Source of the DNA: Phycisphaeraceae bacterium
Lineage (GTDB): Bacteria > Planctomycetota > Phycisphaerae > Phycisphaerales > Phycisphaeraceae
Direction of reading: 5' to 3'
NCBI GenBank assembly: GCA_963674705.1
Contig: OY771506.1
Span: 3,456,001-3,520,000, forward strand
DNA: 64,000 bases
The notes below the pieces were generated by a model. It did no database searches, was not told the origin of the DNA, and was given only the letters and a program-made list of their open reading frames with translations. Every line of letters starts with the position of its first letter. Positions within the stretch are counted from its first letter, which is position 1. Position numbers and translations under genes: made by a program. Below, one piece after another: positions 46,116-55,198 of this stretch.

Positions 46116-46339
46116 TTATTGAGGTGTATTTTTGGGGGGTCTGCCTCTTGGACGCAGGGTTGATTCAAGTCCCAGTCGCAAGGCGGTACGTCGTTGCCAA
46201 GATTCGTCGCCCCAAGGTCGGCCACGTCGGATACATTCACGGATGGCTTTGAGTTCCTTATTGTTTTGTGGCAGATTCACCAGACGACGCCAGTGTTTCG
46301 GGCGACCCACCGGCCAATCCGCCTTGCGACGCGTACCAT
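46116..46339 (-). pseudogene. Internally deleted REP-associated (Y1/HUH) tyrosine transposase
   Basis: GGAG + MVRVAR start joined out of frame to DWPVGRPKHW..VN.P..EL..RGRPWG..LGLESTLRPRGRP, a C-terminus typical of RAYT-like proteins; HUH core missing. Confidence 0.7.
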
Positions 46340-46688
46340 GGGCGTGTCTCCGTTGGGCTTCGAGGACGATTAGACAACGCCATCGTAGCCGCGACGGAGA
46401 CTTTTCATTGATAAACTATGGATCGCTGTTTTGGACAAGAGTGGGTGGTGATATTTCTTATCCATACTTGTAAGACGGAATTGGGCAAGGAGCGCTTCAG
46501 ACTAATATCCGTCCTGTTCGAAAACTCCGTTCCGCATAAAACCGGCGAGGAAAGGGGACATTCTGCTTTATTAACGATTTCATCGGCCTTCCCCGCGGTC
46601 AAAACAGGGCACCCACCAGCAGTTTTTGAAGATGGAGTCATTCGTAAACAGCCCTGCGCGGAAGCGTGGGGTTGGTATTATTTATGCT

Positions 46689-47813
46689 TTACCGTTCGTC
46701 ATTCAGTAGTTCGACGGCTTTGCGTTGGGGGTTGGGCAGGGGCAGGTCGTCTAGTTGGATGAGTTTGCGCCATTGGCCGGCGCCCCGTTTGAGGCGGCCG
46801 GTGGCGGCGGTTGCGCGTAAGAGGTGGAAGTGGATGGTGCGGTGGGTGGTCTGGTGTTTGAAGTGGGTGGTGTTGGTGAGGTCGGCGATGGTCAGGCCCA
46901 GTTCGTTTTTGATGTAGCGTCTGATGGCGGCGGCGTCGGGTTTGGCGGGTTGATCTTCGAGGGTGGGCAGTTGCCACATGTTGGACCACAGCCCGGTCTC
47001 GGGGCGTTGCTGGAAGAGGAATTGGCCTCGGCGCTGGATGGCGAGGATGTGGTGGTGAACAGCGACGGGGGCTTTACGCTTAGGCGAAACGGGGATGTCA
47101 TCGGTTCGGCCTTGGTCGAACGCATTGCAACACTTTGCTAACGGACATCTCAGGCAGGTGGGATTGGCCTTGGTGCAGATAAGCGCGCCCAGTTCCATCA
47201 GTGACTGGTTGAAGTCGCCCGGGCGCGACTTGGGGACAAGCTGCTGAGCCAGTTGCCAGAGCTGGTCGCGGGTGTTGGGTTGGTCGGTTGGTTTATCGAT
47301 CAGGAAGAGGCGCGTCAGGACGCGGGCGACGTTGCCGTCGAGGATCGGGGCGGGGCGGTTGTGGGCGATGGAGGCGATCGCGCCGGCGGTGTATCGGCCG
47401 ATCCCCGGGAGTTTTAGCAGGGCTTCGACGGTGTCGGGTACTCGGCCGTCATGCTCATCAATAATCATCTTCGCGGCAGCGTGCAGGTTCCGTGCCCGGC
47501 GGTAGTAGCCCAGGCCCTGCCAGAGCCGCAGCACCTGCTGTTCGTTGGCCTGAGCCAGGTCCCGGAGCGTCGGCAGCTCTTGCATGAAGCGATTGAAGTA
47601 GGGGATGACCGTGGCGACCTGCGTCTGCTGGAGCATCGCCTCGCTGACCAGCACGTGGTACGGGTTCGGCGTCCTGCCTTTACTGGCACGCCAAGGCATC
47701 ACACGCTGGTGCTTGTCGTACCACGCGAGCAGACGCCTGCGGATAGTCGCAGCACGCGAGCCGGCGTCGATCGAGCTTTCTGAGTCGATGAACTTTGTTC
47801 GTTTGTGTGGCAT
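46689..47813 (-). CDS. mutY: A/G-specific adenine glycosylase
   Basis: SEAMLQQTQV, WQGLGYYRRARNL, LPGIGRYTA, DGNVAR, CTKANPTCLRCPL..C. Confidence 0.97.
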   Translation of the reverse strand: MPHKRTKFIDSESSIDAGSRAATIRRRLLAWYDKHQRVMPWRASKGRTPNPYHVLVSEAMLQQTQVATVIPYFNRFMQELPTLRDLAQANEQQVLRLWQGLGYYRRARNLHAAAKMIIDEHDGRVPDTVEALLKLPGIGRYTAGAIASIAHNRPAPILDGNVARVLTRLFLIDKPTDQPNTRDQLWQLAQQLVPKSRPGDFNQSLMELGALICTKANPTCLRCPLAKCCNAFDQGRTDDIPVSPKRKAPVAVHHHILAIQRRGQFLFQQRPETGLWSNMWQLPTLEDQPAKPDAAAIRRYIKNELGLTIADLTNTTHFKHQTTHRTIHFHLLRATAATGRLKRGAGQWRKLIQLDDLPLPNPQRKAVELLNDER

Positions 47814-47944
47814 ACAGTGTGTGTTTGTGAGTCCTGTCTACGGATTGGAGGCGAGTACAGCGAACGTCCGATCATCATAAGGCCCCCGCGTGTAGGGGGG
47901 AGATAAGCAGTATAGGTCCACCCGTTCACATAAGGCCGATACGT

Positions 47945-48334
47945 ATGGTAGCCAACCGTCAAGCTTTGCCGCCTGTCCGTAATTCAGTGACACACAAGTT
48001 CCAGATCATGGGTGCCGAGGGGTACCTGACGGTGGGGCTGTTTGAGAATGGCGACCCGGGCGAGGTGTTCATCAAGATGGCGAAGGAAGGCTCGACTCTC
48101 TCCGGGCTGATCCAGGCGTTCTGCCGGGCGTTCTCGCTGGCGATCCAGTACGGTTTGACGCTGGAAGAGGCCTGCAGGCGGTTCAAGGGCATGCGTTTTG
48201 AGCCGATGGGGCCGACATCCAATCCCGACATCCCCGAGGCGCTTAGCATCATCGATTACGTCGCCCGCTACCTGGAAATGAACTTCGGGCAGCAGTCTGA
48301 GCGACGTATGGGGCAGCGTGATCGGTTGCTATGA
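47945..48334 (+). CDS. Stand-alone TSCPD-like domain protein (NrdJ C-terminal region homologue)
   Basis: THKF..EGYLTVG..PGEVFIKMAKEGSTLSG..SLAIQYG..RFEP..SIIDY. Confidence 0.85.
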   Translation: MVANRQALPPVRNSVTHKFQIMGAEGYLTVGLFENGDPGEVFIKMAKEGSTLSGLIQAFCRAFSLAIQYGLTLEEACRRFKGMRFEPMGPTSNPDIPEALSIIDYVARYLEMNFGQQSERRMGQRDRLL

Positions 48335-48387
48335 GTCGCAAATCTCGGGGGTCATTTATATTTCTGGACGTGTTTGGTGCTATTCGT

Positions 48388-48412
48388 CGGCAGCAAGCTG
48401 CCTCGCTAAACG
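48388..48412 (-). repeat. GTTTAG-headed REP-like hairpin (family C)
   Basis: Reverse complement CGTTTAGCGAGGCAGCTTGCTGCCG. Confidence 0.6.
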
Positions 48413-48522
48413 TGCGAAAGTGCGCTGTTGCGTTGCAGTTTCAGACGGGTAAAACAACGCGCCTTGACCGGGCGGGGCGGGGCCTGTAACTTTCGGCTTT
48501 AGTCCACAGGCCCGGTCCTTCA

Positions 48523-49947
48523 ATGGATGACCAAACCAAACATAAGTGTGGCGTCTTCGGCATCTGGGACGACCCTGACAGTGCGCATAAGTGTTACACC
48601 GCGCTCTATGCCCAGCAGCACCGCGGGCAGGAGTCAGCGGGTATCGCTGTGGTCGAGGATGGGATCCTCAACGCTCACACCGGCATGGGGCTCGTTGCCG
48701 AAGTCTTTGACGATCAGACACTGGCCAAGCTGACCGGTAGGGCGGGGATCGGGCACAACCGATACTCGACGACCGGTTCCAGCCGTAGCTGCAACGCACA
48801 GCCGCTGTTGCGTGAATACGTCGGTGGGCAGGTGGCGCTGGCGCATAACGGCAACCTGATCAACGCGGACCTGTTGCGGCGGGAGTACGAATCACGCGGG
48901 CATATGTTCCAGACCTCGACCGATACCGAGGTGATCCTGGTATTGCTCGCATCGCATCACCTGGCGAAGGACGACCCGCTTGCGGAGGTGCTGCCGCACC
49001 TTCAGGGGGCGTACTCGCTGGTATTTTTGTTTGAAGATCGGATCGAGGCGGCGCGCGATCCGTGGGGCTGGCGTCCGCTGGTGCTGGGGAAGACCGAAGC
49101 CGGAGCGCCGTGTGTCGCGAGCGAGACGGTCGCGCTTGATGCGATCGGCGCGGAGTTTGTGAGGGAGATCGAGCCGGGCGAGATCGTAACGCTTTCGGAT
49201 AAGGGCGTTGAAAGTCGGCGCTTTGCCGAGCCGCAGCCGCCCGCTCACTGCATCTTCGAGCACGTATACTTTGCCAACCCGTCGTCGATGTTGTTCGGCG
49301 ATACGGTGCAGGTCGTGCGGGAACGTCTGGGCGAGAAACTGGCGGAGGAAGCGCCGGTGGAAGCTGACTGCGTCATCCCGATGCCGGACTCCGGTCGCAG
49401 CGCGTCACTGGGTTATGCCCGCAAGAGCGGTCTGCCTTACAAAGAGGGCATCGTCCCGAACCGTTACGTCGGCAGGACGTTTATCAAACCGAGCCAGGCG
49501 CAGCGCGAGGTTGCGGTTCGGCTGAAGCTGAACGTGGTCTCCGACATCGTCAAGGGGCATCGGTTGATTGTCGTCGATGACTCGATCGTTCGCGGTACGA
49601 CAACGCGCTTCAAGATGGCGCAGCTTCGACGAGCGGGCGCAAAAGAAATCCATCTGCGGATCAGTTGCCCGCCGATCCGGCACGGTTGCTACTTCGGCGT
49701 GGACTTTCCAGACCCGCAACACCTGATCGCCAACGGCAAGAGCGTGGAACAGATCGCGCAGTTCCTCGGTGTTGATTCGCTGCACTTCCTGTCTTTGGAA
49801 GGTATGCTCTCCTGCGTGAGTTTGCCTGCAGACAAATACTGCACCGCCTGCTGGACCGGCAAGTATCCGATCGATGTGGATCATCCGGTCAACAAGCTGG
49901 ACCTGGAACGACATCAGTTGCGCATGTTCACGCCGGGTAAGGGGTAG
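48523..49947 (+). CDS. purF: Amidophosphoribosyltransferase
   Basis: Short propeptide then CGVFG, QHRGQE, HNRYST, HNGNL, VVDDSIVRGTT. Confidence 0.97.
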   Translation: MDDQTKHKCGVFGIWDDPDSAHKCYTALYAQQHRGQESAGIAVVEDGILNAHTGMGLVAEVFDDQTLAKLTGRAGIGHNRYSTTGSSRSCNAQPLLREYVGGQVALAHNGNLINADLLRREYESRGHMFQTSTDTEVILVLLASHHLAKDDPLAEVLPHLQGAYSLVFLFEDRIEAARDPWGWRPLVLGKTEAGAPCVASETVALDAIGAEFVREIEPGEIVTLSDKGVESRRFAEPQPPAHCIFEHVYFANPSSMLFGDTVQVVRERLGEKLAEEAPVEADCVIPMPDSGRSASLGYARKSGLPYKEGIVPNRYVGRTFIKPSQAQREVAVRLKLNVVSDIVKGHRLIVVDDSIVRGTTTRFKMAQLRRAGAKEIHLRISCPPIRHGCYFGVDFPDPQHLIANGKSVEQIAQFLGVDSLHFLSLEGMLSCVSLPADKYCTACWTGKYPIDVDHPVNKLDLERHQLRMFTPGKG

Positions 49948-49960
49948 ACGGTTCTTGGTT

Positions 49961-50038
49961 GTATAGCCGCGACCATTGGTCGCGCTGCTTGTGTTCCGTG
50001 AACATATCTCGGAGCGCGACCAATGGTCGCGGCTATAC
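49961..50038. repeat. REPIN-like doublet, family A copy 3
   Basis: GTATAGCCGCGACCATTGGTCGCGCT ... AGCGCGACCAATGGTCGCGGCTATAC between convergent genes. Confidence 0.9.
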
Positions 50039-50053
50039 AGGAATCGAGTTCGC

Positions 50054-52222
50054 TTATTTGATCGGATTCTCGGCGGCGGTCAGGGGGCCGCGCAGGCGGG
50101 CGATGGTTTCGCGGGACAGTTGGAACCAATCCTTGTCATTCGCATCCTGTGAGTTTTGCATGGAGACGGTGACCAGGTCCGAGGCCATGCGGACGATTTT
50201 CAGTGTGATCGTTTGGCCGTCGGTGGTGGTCAGTTCGATGGAATAGTCAATGTCCTGCGGCAGCAGGCTCATCGGTTGCGTGTAGCGGTCGGCTTGCAGG
50301 CCCGAGAGCGTGTCGAACACGGCGGCGGCTTGCGGCTGGTCGACTTCGCCGTTGTCAATGGTGTATTGCCTGCCGGTGCGCGTGAGGGTGACGGCTGTGA
50401 TGTCGCTGGCGAGTTTGACGGAACTGATCTGGTCGATGTTCAGGTTGATGACGGTGCGGCCGCGGAACTCGGCATTGAGTTTTTCGATCACATCCTGCGG
50501 GAGGACGAACGCGGTATCGATGCCGGTCATCAAGGCTCTACCGGTGTTGGGCGAGGCTTTGAGAGTGATCGGTGCGCCGCCGACCGGTTCGATCGTCCAT
50601 TCGATCCAATCGCCCATGGGTTCGACCGGATCGCTGAGCCAGGTTGAAGCTTTGAGTGGGTTGAGCAACTCGGGCAGGGCATCGATCGCGTCCTGTTCGA
50701 CGCTGTCGAAGCCCATAAGTTTCCATGTGATGGATTGATCGTCGTTGGTGGTTGGCTCAAAGGTGAAGACCTGGCCGTCATCGCGCTTGAGCGTCATCTT
50801 CGTGATGGATGAAGGTTCGATATCGAAGATGGTCCGGTCGCGCAGGGCGAGTGTTGAACCTAGGAGGGTGTCGAGTTCACCTGCGGGGACGAGGTAGGCG
50901 ATGGCTTCGCCTTCATTGACGATAGCACGTTTATCGCCTTGATCGTAAACTTTGAACACGACGTCGCTGTCTTGCTCAGCGAGTTTGATGCGGACGGTTG
51001 CGGTGGGTGTGCCGAGGGTGCTGAGGTCGGTTACGTAGTCGGTGGATTGCAACTCGCATAGTTTTTGGACCATGTCTTGCGAGGCGATGTAGTCGGCGTT
51101 GTAGCCGGGGGCGGGATCGCCGAAGACGTAGCCGGTTTGCAGGTCGCGGACCAGGTGCAGCGTGGTTCGACCGTTCTTCTCGACTGTGAGTTCACGCACG
51201 TCGTAGGTTTGAGCCGGCACGGCTTGCGTATCGCAGAAGTCCATCTGCGTCCTCATCAGGCTGTCGATGGTGGCAGCGTTGACCGTAAAGATGACACCGA
51301 TGGGATCATCCGTCGTAGAGATCGCGGCGTAACGGTTCTTGCCTTCCAGGTCTTCGCCGCCGATGTAGAGCGTGTGTTTGACTTCGGTGTCATTTGCGCC
51401 CGGCTCAACGATCTGTAGCCGCATGTAATCCGTATCAAGGCCGTACAGCGCGAGGTTTTGAGGATTATCTTCAACGAAGTCGTTGATCCAGATACCGCCG
51501 AGTGACGAGAACCACTGCTGGATAGCGGCTTGGCTGACGCGATGCGATATCTTCGAATCGATCTGCCATTTGCCGTCTTTCTTTTGCAGATGGATATTGT
51601 CAGCACTGGTCAGGAACAGGTCAGCGGACGTCGCTTCGGCGGCATCGGGCAGGTCGAGCGAACGCGAGCGCCAGTCATCAACGCTCTGGTCGAGCACCGC
51701 CCCGTGCAGGTTGTTCTCGACGATGTAGGCGTCGGGCTCGCCATCAATCTGGATGTAGGCGTGGCCCCCGAGTGTGTGTTTGCCGAGTTTGAGTGTGGTA
51801 TCGGTGTCGCCGTGGTGGAAGCTGAGCGTGGCGCGCGGGGTGTCCAGGCCCATCTGTTCGGGCGTCGGTGCGTCTTCATCATCGGGCGAGACACGTTCGA
51901 CATAACGCAGGTTCGCCAGGTTGTATGTGATGTTGTCAGGCGCATGCGTATCGAGCGGGAAGCGAACGGGCTCGGTCTGGAACCAGTTGTCGGCTTCCTT
52001 GGTCAACGTGATGCTGTTTTGTCCTCGATCAATCGTGATGCGATCGATCGTGTCGGCATCGAGGTCAGTGAAGATAAGTTCGCCCTCGGGCTGGTCGTTG
52101 GTTTGTTTCTGCTTTTGTTGGTGTACTTCGTAGCTGCTGACCTTGCCGAACTCTGCGAAGTAGAAGTACCCACCGACTACCGCGAGCAGGATCAGGAGTA
52201 TGAGCGTGGTCTTGTAGTTCAT
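50054..52222 (-). CDS. Multi-DUF4340 membrane-anchored protein
   Basis: N-terminal TM; repeated modules (W..P..FP.D, MGLDTP, YGLD, L.IG); follows GldG-like gene. Confidence 0.8.
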   Translation of the reverse strand: MNYKTTLILLILLAVVGGYFYFAEFGKVSSYEVHQQKQKQTNDQPEGELIFTDLDADTIDRITIDRGQNSITLTKEADNWFQTEPVRFPLDTHAPDNITYNLANLRYVERVSPDDEDAPTPEQMGLDTPRATLSFHHGDTDTTLKLGKHTLGGHAYIQIDGEPDAYIVENNLHGAVLDQSVDDWRSRSLDLPDAAEATSADLFLTSADNIHLQKKDGKWQIDSKISHRVSQAAIQQWFSSLGGIWINDFVEDNPQNLALYGLDTDYMRLQIVEPGANDTEVKHTLYIGGEDLEGKNRYAAISTTDDPIGVIFTVNAATIDSLMRTQMDFCDTQAVPAQTYDVRELTVEKNGRTTLHLVRDLQTGYVFGDPAPGYNADYIASQDMVQKLCELQSTDYVTDLSTLGTPTATVRIKLAEQDSDVVFKVYDQGDKRAIVNEGEAIAYLVPAGELDTLLGSTLALRDRTIFDIEPSSITKMTLKRDDGQVFTFEPTTNDDQSITWKLMGFDSVEQDAIDALPELLNPLKASTWLSDPVEPMGDWIEWTIEPVGGAPITLKASPNTGRALMTGIDTAFVLPQDVIEKLNAEFRGRTVINLNIDQISSVKLASDITAVTLTRTGRQYTIDNGEVDQPQAAAVFDTLSGLQADRYTQPMSLLPQDIDYSIELTTTDGQTITLKIVRMASDLVTVSMQNSQDANDKDWFQLSRETIARLRGPLTAAENPIK

Positions 52223-52234
52223 GATTCAGTGCCT

Positions 52235-54334
52235 TTATGCTCTGCGTCGGACGCTCCAGACGATCACGCCAAGGATTAGTGCTGACATGGGCATGCCTAC
52301 GAGCAGGCCTGACTGGTACCAGGCAAGTTTGCTGTCGGACATCGGTTGAATACGCGGTACGTCCTGCGATCGCGGGCTGGCGGCGATCATGTCTTCCATC
52401 CCGGCCAGCCAGAACACGCTGTTGACAAAGAGTTCGCTGTTGCCGGGGACGACAGCGCCGGTTAATTCAGCGGTGCCTTGACCGAACAGGCCCCAGCCGG
52501 TGATGTCATCCGTCGCCCAGACCTGTTCCGCGATCGTGACCAATCGCGCGCCGTCTTTTTCGGAGGCATACGCGATGGTGTAAGACGGGGCGCTGTTTTC
52601 TTCATCAAACTTGGCGTTGCGGACCGCGTCGGGCGTAGAGAGATCGGTGGTGGTCCAGAGTTTGTCGCCTTTGATCTCGACAAGCAGGTAGTGCGCTGCG
52701 CCTTTGTCATCCTCAACCAGGATCGGGCTGGGGCTGTAGAACATCGCCTGCATGCCGTCGAGCGCGGTGGTGATCGGCAGGGCGCTGGGCCAGGTATCGA
52801 CCGGCATCTGCAGGGATGTCATCGAACGACGGTTTGCCAGTTGTACTTCCTCGAGGATGAGCCGGTCGGTCTGTGGTTTGATGCCCCAGGTGTTGAGCTC
52901 GTCGACGATGGGATTGGGCATGCCGTAGAGTGATGTTGGATCGGCGGGGACCATGACAAGTGCTGCATCACCTGCGGCCAGACGTTCTTTGAGCAGGTCG
53001 CCGATGTGTTGGCGCGGGTTCATGCCCATCATCATGGGTGTGCCCATCGGTTGGCCGTAGGCGGGCGGGACGATCCAGATGATTTTCTGCCCGGGCTTGG
53101 GTTCGGGGCGCGGCAACGGTGGGGTGGGTTGACCCATCGAACTGATCTGGCCGGTGGGATTCCACTGCCTGACATCGAAGTCGGCGTTTTGCAGGCGCTG
53201 GGCGACGTTGTTGTAGTTGCCTTGTGCGCCGAGTGCTGCGCCGGAATTGGAAAGAACGAAAACGACCAGCGGCGGCTGATCGATGGTCATGCTCAATAGC
53301 GCGCCGGTGAGTTTTTCTTCGATCAGGTATTGCGGCTGGGTTTGGCCGGTCTGCTCGATGTTTCGCAGGTCCTGCCGCCACATCTCGCTGATCGGGATCA
53401 CCTTGACCTTGTTCGGCCCAAGCGCAACGACGGATGCCCCACGGTTTAACGTCAGGAACACCTGGTTGTACCGCGGCGAATCCTTTGCCTCATCCATCTT
53501 CTGCAGGGGTTCAGCCAGCAGGGTCTTTGCCTGCTTGCACAGTTCGATCGCTTCAAGCAGGCGTTCTTTTTCTTCGTTGCTCGTGCTGACGTTTCGGATC
53601 AGCGGGCTGCCGCTTTGCGTGATGACGTCAAGCAGCGTGTTGTAGTCGGTGATTACCCCCTGGAGTTGCTCTTTAACACCGGCGTAGTTAACCAGGACCT
53701 GGTCCATCAGTTCCTCGGCCTGCTCGTCGACTTGATCGACTCTCTCATCGAATTCCTTGGAGCGTGTGGCAGCGGCGCGGAAGAATTTTTGAGTACCTGT
53801 TTCGGGTGTGTTGGGGTCGTTATTCACGCCGGCGGTGAGCGCTTGGGTGAGTTGGGTATTGATCGGACGGACCTGGTGCATGGCATCGAGGCCGAGCGCA
53901 ATCGCTTCCTTAACGGGCGTCAGTTCGTCGGCGAAGGCATCGACGATCGCGTTGTTCAGGGCCTCAGCTTTTTTGATGCTGCTGCGCGGGTCCATGTGAT
54001 CGACCGCCAGGTTTTTACTGAATCGGCCGTACACATCGGTCAGGTCTTTCACGTCTTCGTAGACGCGGGCGGTATCTTCATCCGGCGCGCTATCGGGGAT
54101 AAGCGTGACGAGTTTGTATTCGCCGTCTAGCTTGTTCAGGACGGTTTCGGTCTGCTGCGAGAGGCTGTATCGTCCGCCTTGCGTCGTATCGAATCGGATG
54201 TACTGCCGCGCAGCGATCCAGTTAATCAGGATGGTGATCCCGACGGATGCGAGGATGGCGACGACGACGTTTGTGCCGTACTTGATCCTGCGGATCGTGT
54301 GGGTGTTAACGGATTTGTGTGGTTTATCTGTCAT
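52235..54334 (-). CDS. GldG-like ABC auxiliary component
   Basis: RFDTTQGGRYSLSQQT..L, IEEKLTGALL, GNSELFVNSVFWL, C-terminal TM + RRRA. Confidence 0.85.
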   Translation of the reverse strand: MTDKPHKSVNTHTIRRIKYGTNVVVAILASVGITILINWIAARQYIRFDTTQGGRYSLSQQTETVLNKLDGEYKLVTLIPDSAPDEDTARVYEDVKDLTDVYGRFSKNLAVDHMDPRSSIKKAEALNNAIVDAFADELTPVKEAIALGLDAMHQVRPINTQLTQALTAGVNNDPNTPETGTQKFFRAAATRSKEFDERVDQVDEQAEELMDQVLVNYAGVKEQLQGVITDYNTLLDVITQSGSPLIRNVSTSNEEKERLLEAIELCKQAKTLLAEPLQKMDEAKDSPRYNQVFLTLNRGASVVALGPNKVKVIPISEMWRQDLRNIEQTGQTQPQYLIEEKLTGALLSMTIDQPPLVVFVLSNSGAALGAQGNYNNVAQRLQNADFDVRQWNPTGQISSMGQPTPPLPRPEPKPGQKIIWIVPPAYGQPMGTPMMMGMNPRQHIGDLLKERLAAGDAALVMVPADPTSLYGMPNPIVDELNTWGIKPQTDRLILEEVQLANRRSMTSLQMPVDTWPSALPITTALDGMQAMFYSPSPILVEDDKGAAHYLLVEIKGDKLWTTTDLSTPDAVRNAKFDEENSAPSYTIAYASEKDGARLVTIAEQVWATDDITGWGLFGQGTAELTGAVVPGNSELFVNSVFWLAGMEDMIAASPRSQDVPRIQPMSDSKLAWYQSGLLVGMPMSALILGVIVWSVRRRA

Positions 54335-54367
54335 GTCAATCCCGTGTCGGTCGATCGTTCATTCAGC

Positions 54368-55087
54368 TTAGCGCCAGCGTTTGCTGTGCAGGGTTTGTGT
54401 CGCGAGGAAGAGGAAGAGGCTGATCCCGCTGACGAAGAAGACGATGCGGCTGAGGTCGATGACGCCCATCGCAAAGTCCTCGTATTGCTGGTAGATGTTG
54501 ATGTAGTAGAGCGGTTGCTGCGCCCACTGCGGGAGCCAGTCTGTGCCGCGCAGGAAACGTGAGGGCAGCACCATCGCGAGGATGATGGTGACGGTCACGA
54601 TAAAAGCGATGATCTGGTTCTGCGTGGTCGCCGAGGCGAACGCGCCGATCGCGAGGTAAAGCCCGCCGACCAGCAGCAGGCCGAGGTAACCGGTGAGGAC
54701 CGGGCCGGGGTCGGGGCTGGCGTTGAGGGTGAGGATGAAGGTGAGGATCAATAGCGGCACCATGAGCGTAAGCAGGAAGCCCATCGCGCCGAGCCATTTG
54801 CCTGTGACGACCTGCGTATCGCTGACCGGCAAAGTCATGAGCGATTCGATCGTGCCGGCCCGGTATTCTTCGCTTAATAGTCGCATGCTGATCGCGGGGA
54901 CGAGGAACATCATGAGGATCGATACGGTGCCCATGAGGTTGCGCATCTCCGCGGGTGTGCCGGGCTTGAATTCGATCAGGAAGAACACAGCCGTGCCGAA
55001 CCCGAACACGCCCAGCACGACATAAGCGATCGGGCTGAAGAACAGGCTGGACAGTTCACGTTTCGCGATGGTGAGGGTTTGGTTCAT
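54368..55087 (-). CDS. ABC-2 permease (GldF-like)
   Basis: IAKRELSSLFFSPIAY, PAISMRLLSEE..GTIE.L.T.P, TQNQIIAF. Confidence 0.92.
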   Translation of the reverse strand: MNQTLTIAKRELSSLFFSPIAYVVLGVFGFGTAVFFLIEFKPGTPAEMRNLMGTVSILMMFLVPAISMRLLSEEYRAGTIESLMTLPVSDTQVVTGKWLGAMGFLLTLMVPLLILTFILTLNASPDPGPVLTGYLGLLLVGGLYLAIGAFASATTQNQIIAFIVTVTIILAMVLPSRFLRGTDWLPQWAQQPLYYINIYQQYEDFAMGVIDLSRIVFFVSGISLFLFLATQTLHSKRWR

Positions 55088-55090
55088 GCG

Positions 55091-55198
55091 AGGGTGTAGG
55101 GTGTAGGGTTTAGGGTGTAGGGTGTAGGGTTTAGGGTGTAGGGGATTTTATTTTCTGCTTTTCTGCTTTTCTGTTTTTCTGCGTTTTCTGCGTTTTCT
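55091..55198. repeat. (AGGGTKT)x7 heptamer array followed by (TTTTCTGC[G])x5
   Basis: Seen directly between the ABC ATPase and permease genes. Confidence 0.92.

Noticed and set aside
45824..46240. 138 aa ORF taken as one gene
   Set aside because: Chimeric: the first third is an alternative frame of the transposase remnant and composition changes at 46098-46120
43434..46740. Prophage, ICE or integron
   Set aside because: No integrase, IntI, structural or conjugation genes, and no clear attC sites
55105..55136. TTTAGGG as eukaryotic telomere contamination
   Set aside because: Only two such units within a bacterial operon gap, mixed with TGTAGGG; related heptamers occur at 28330-28346
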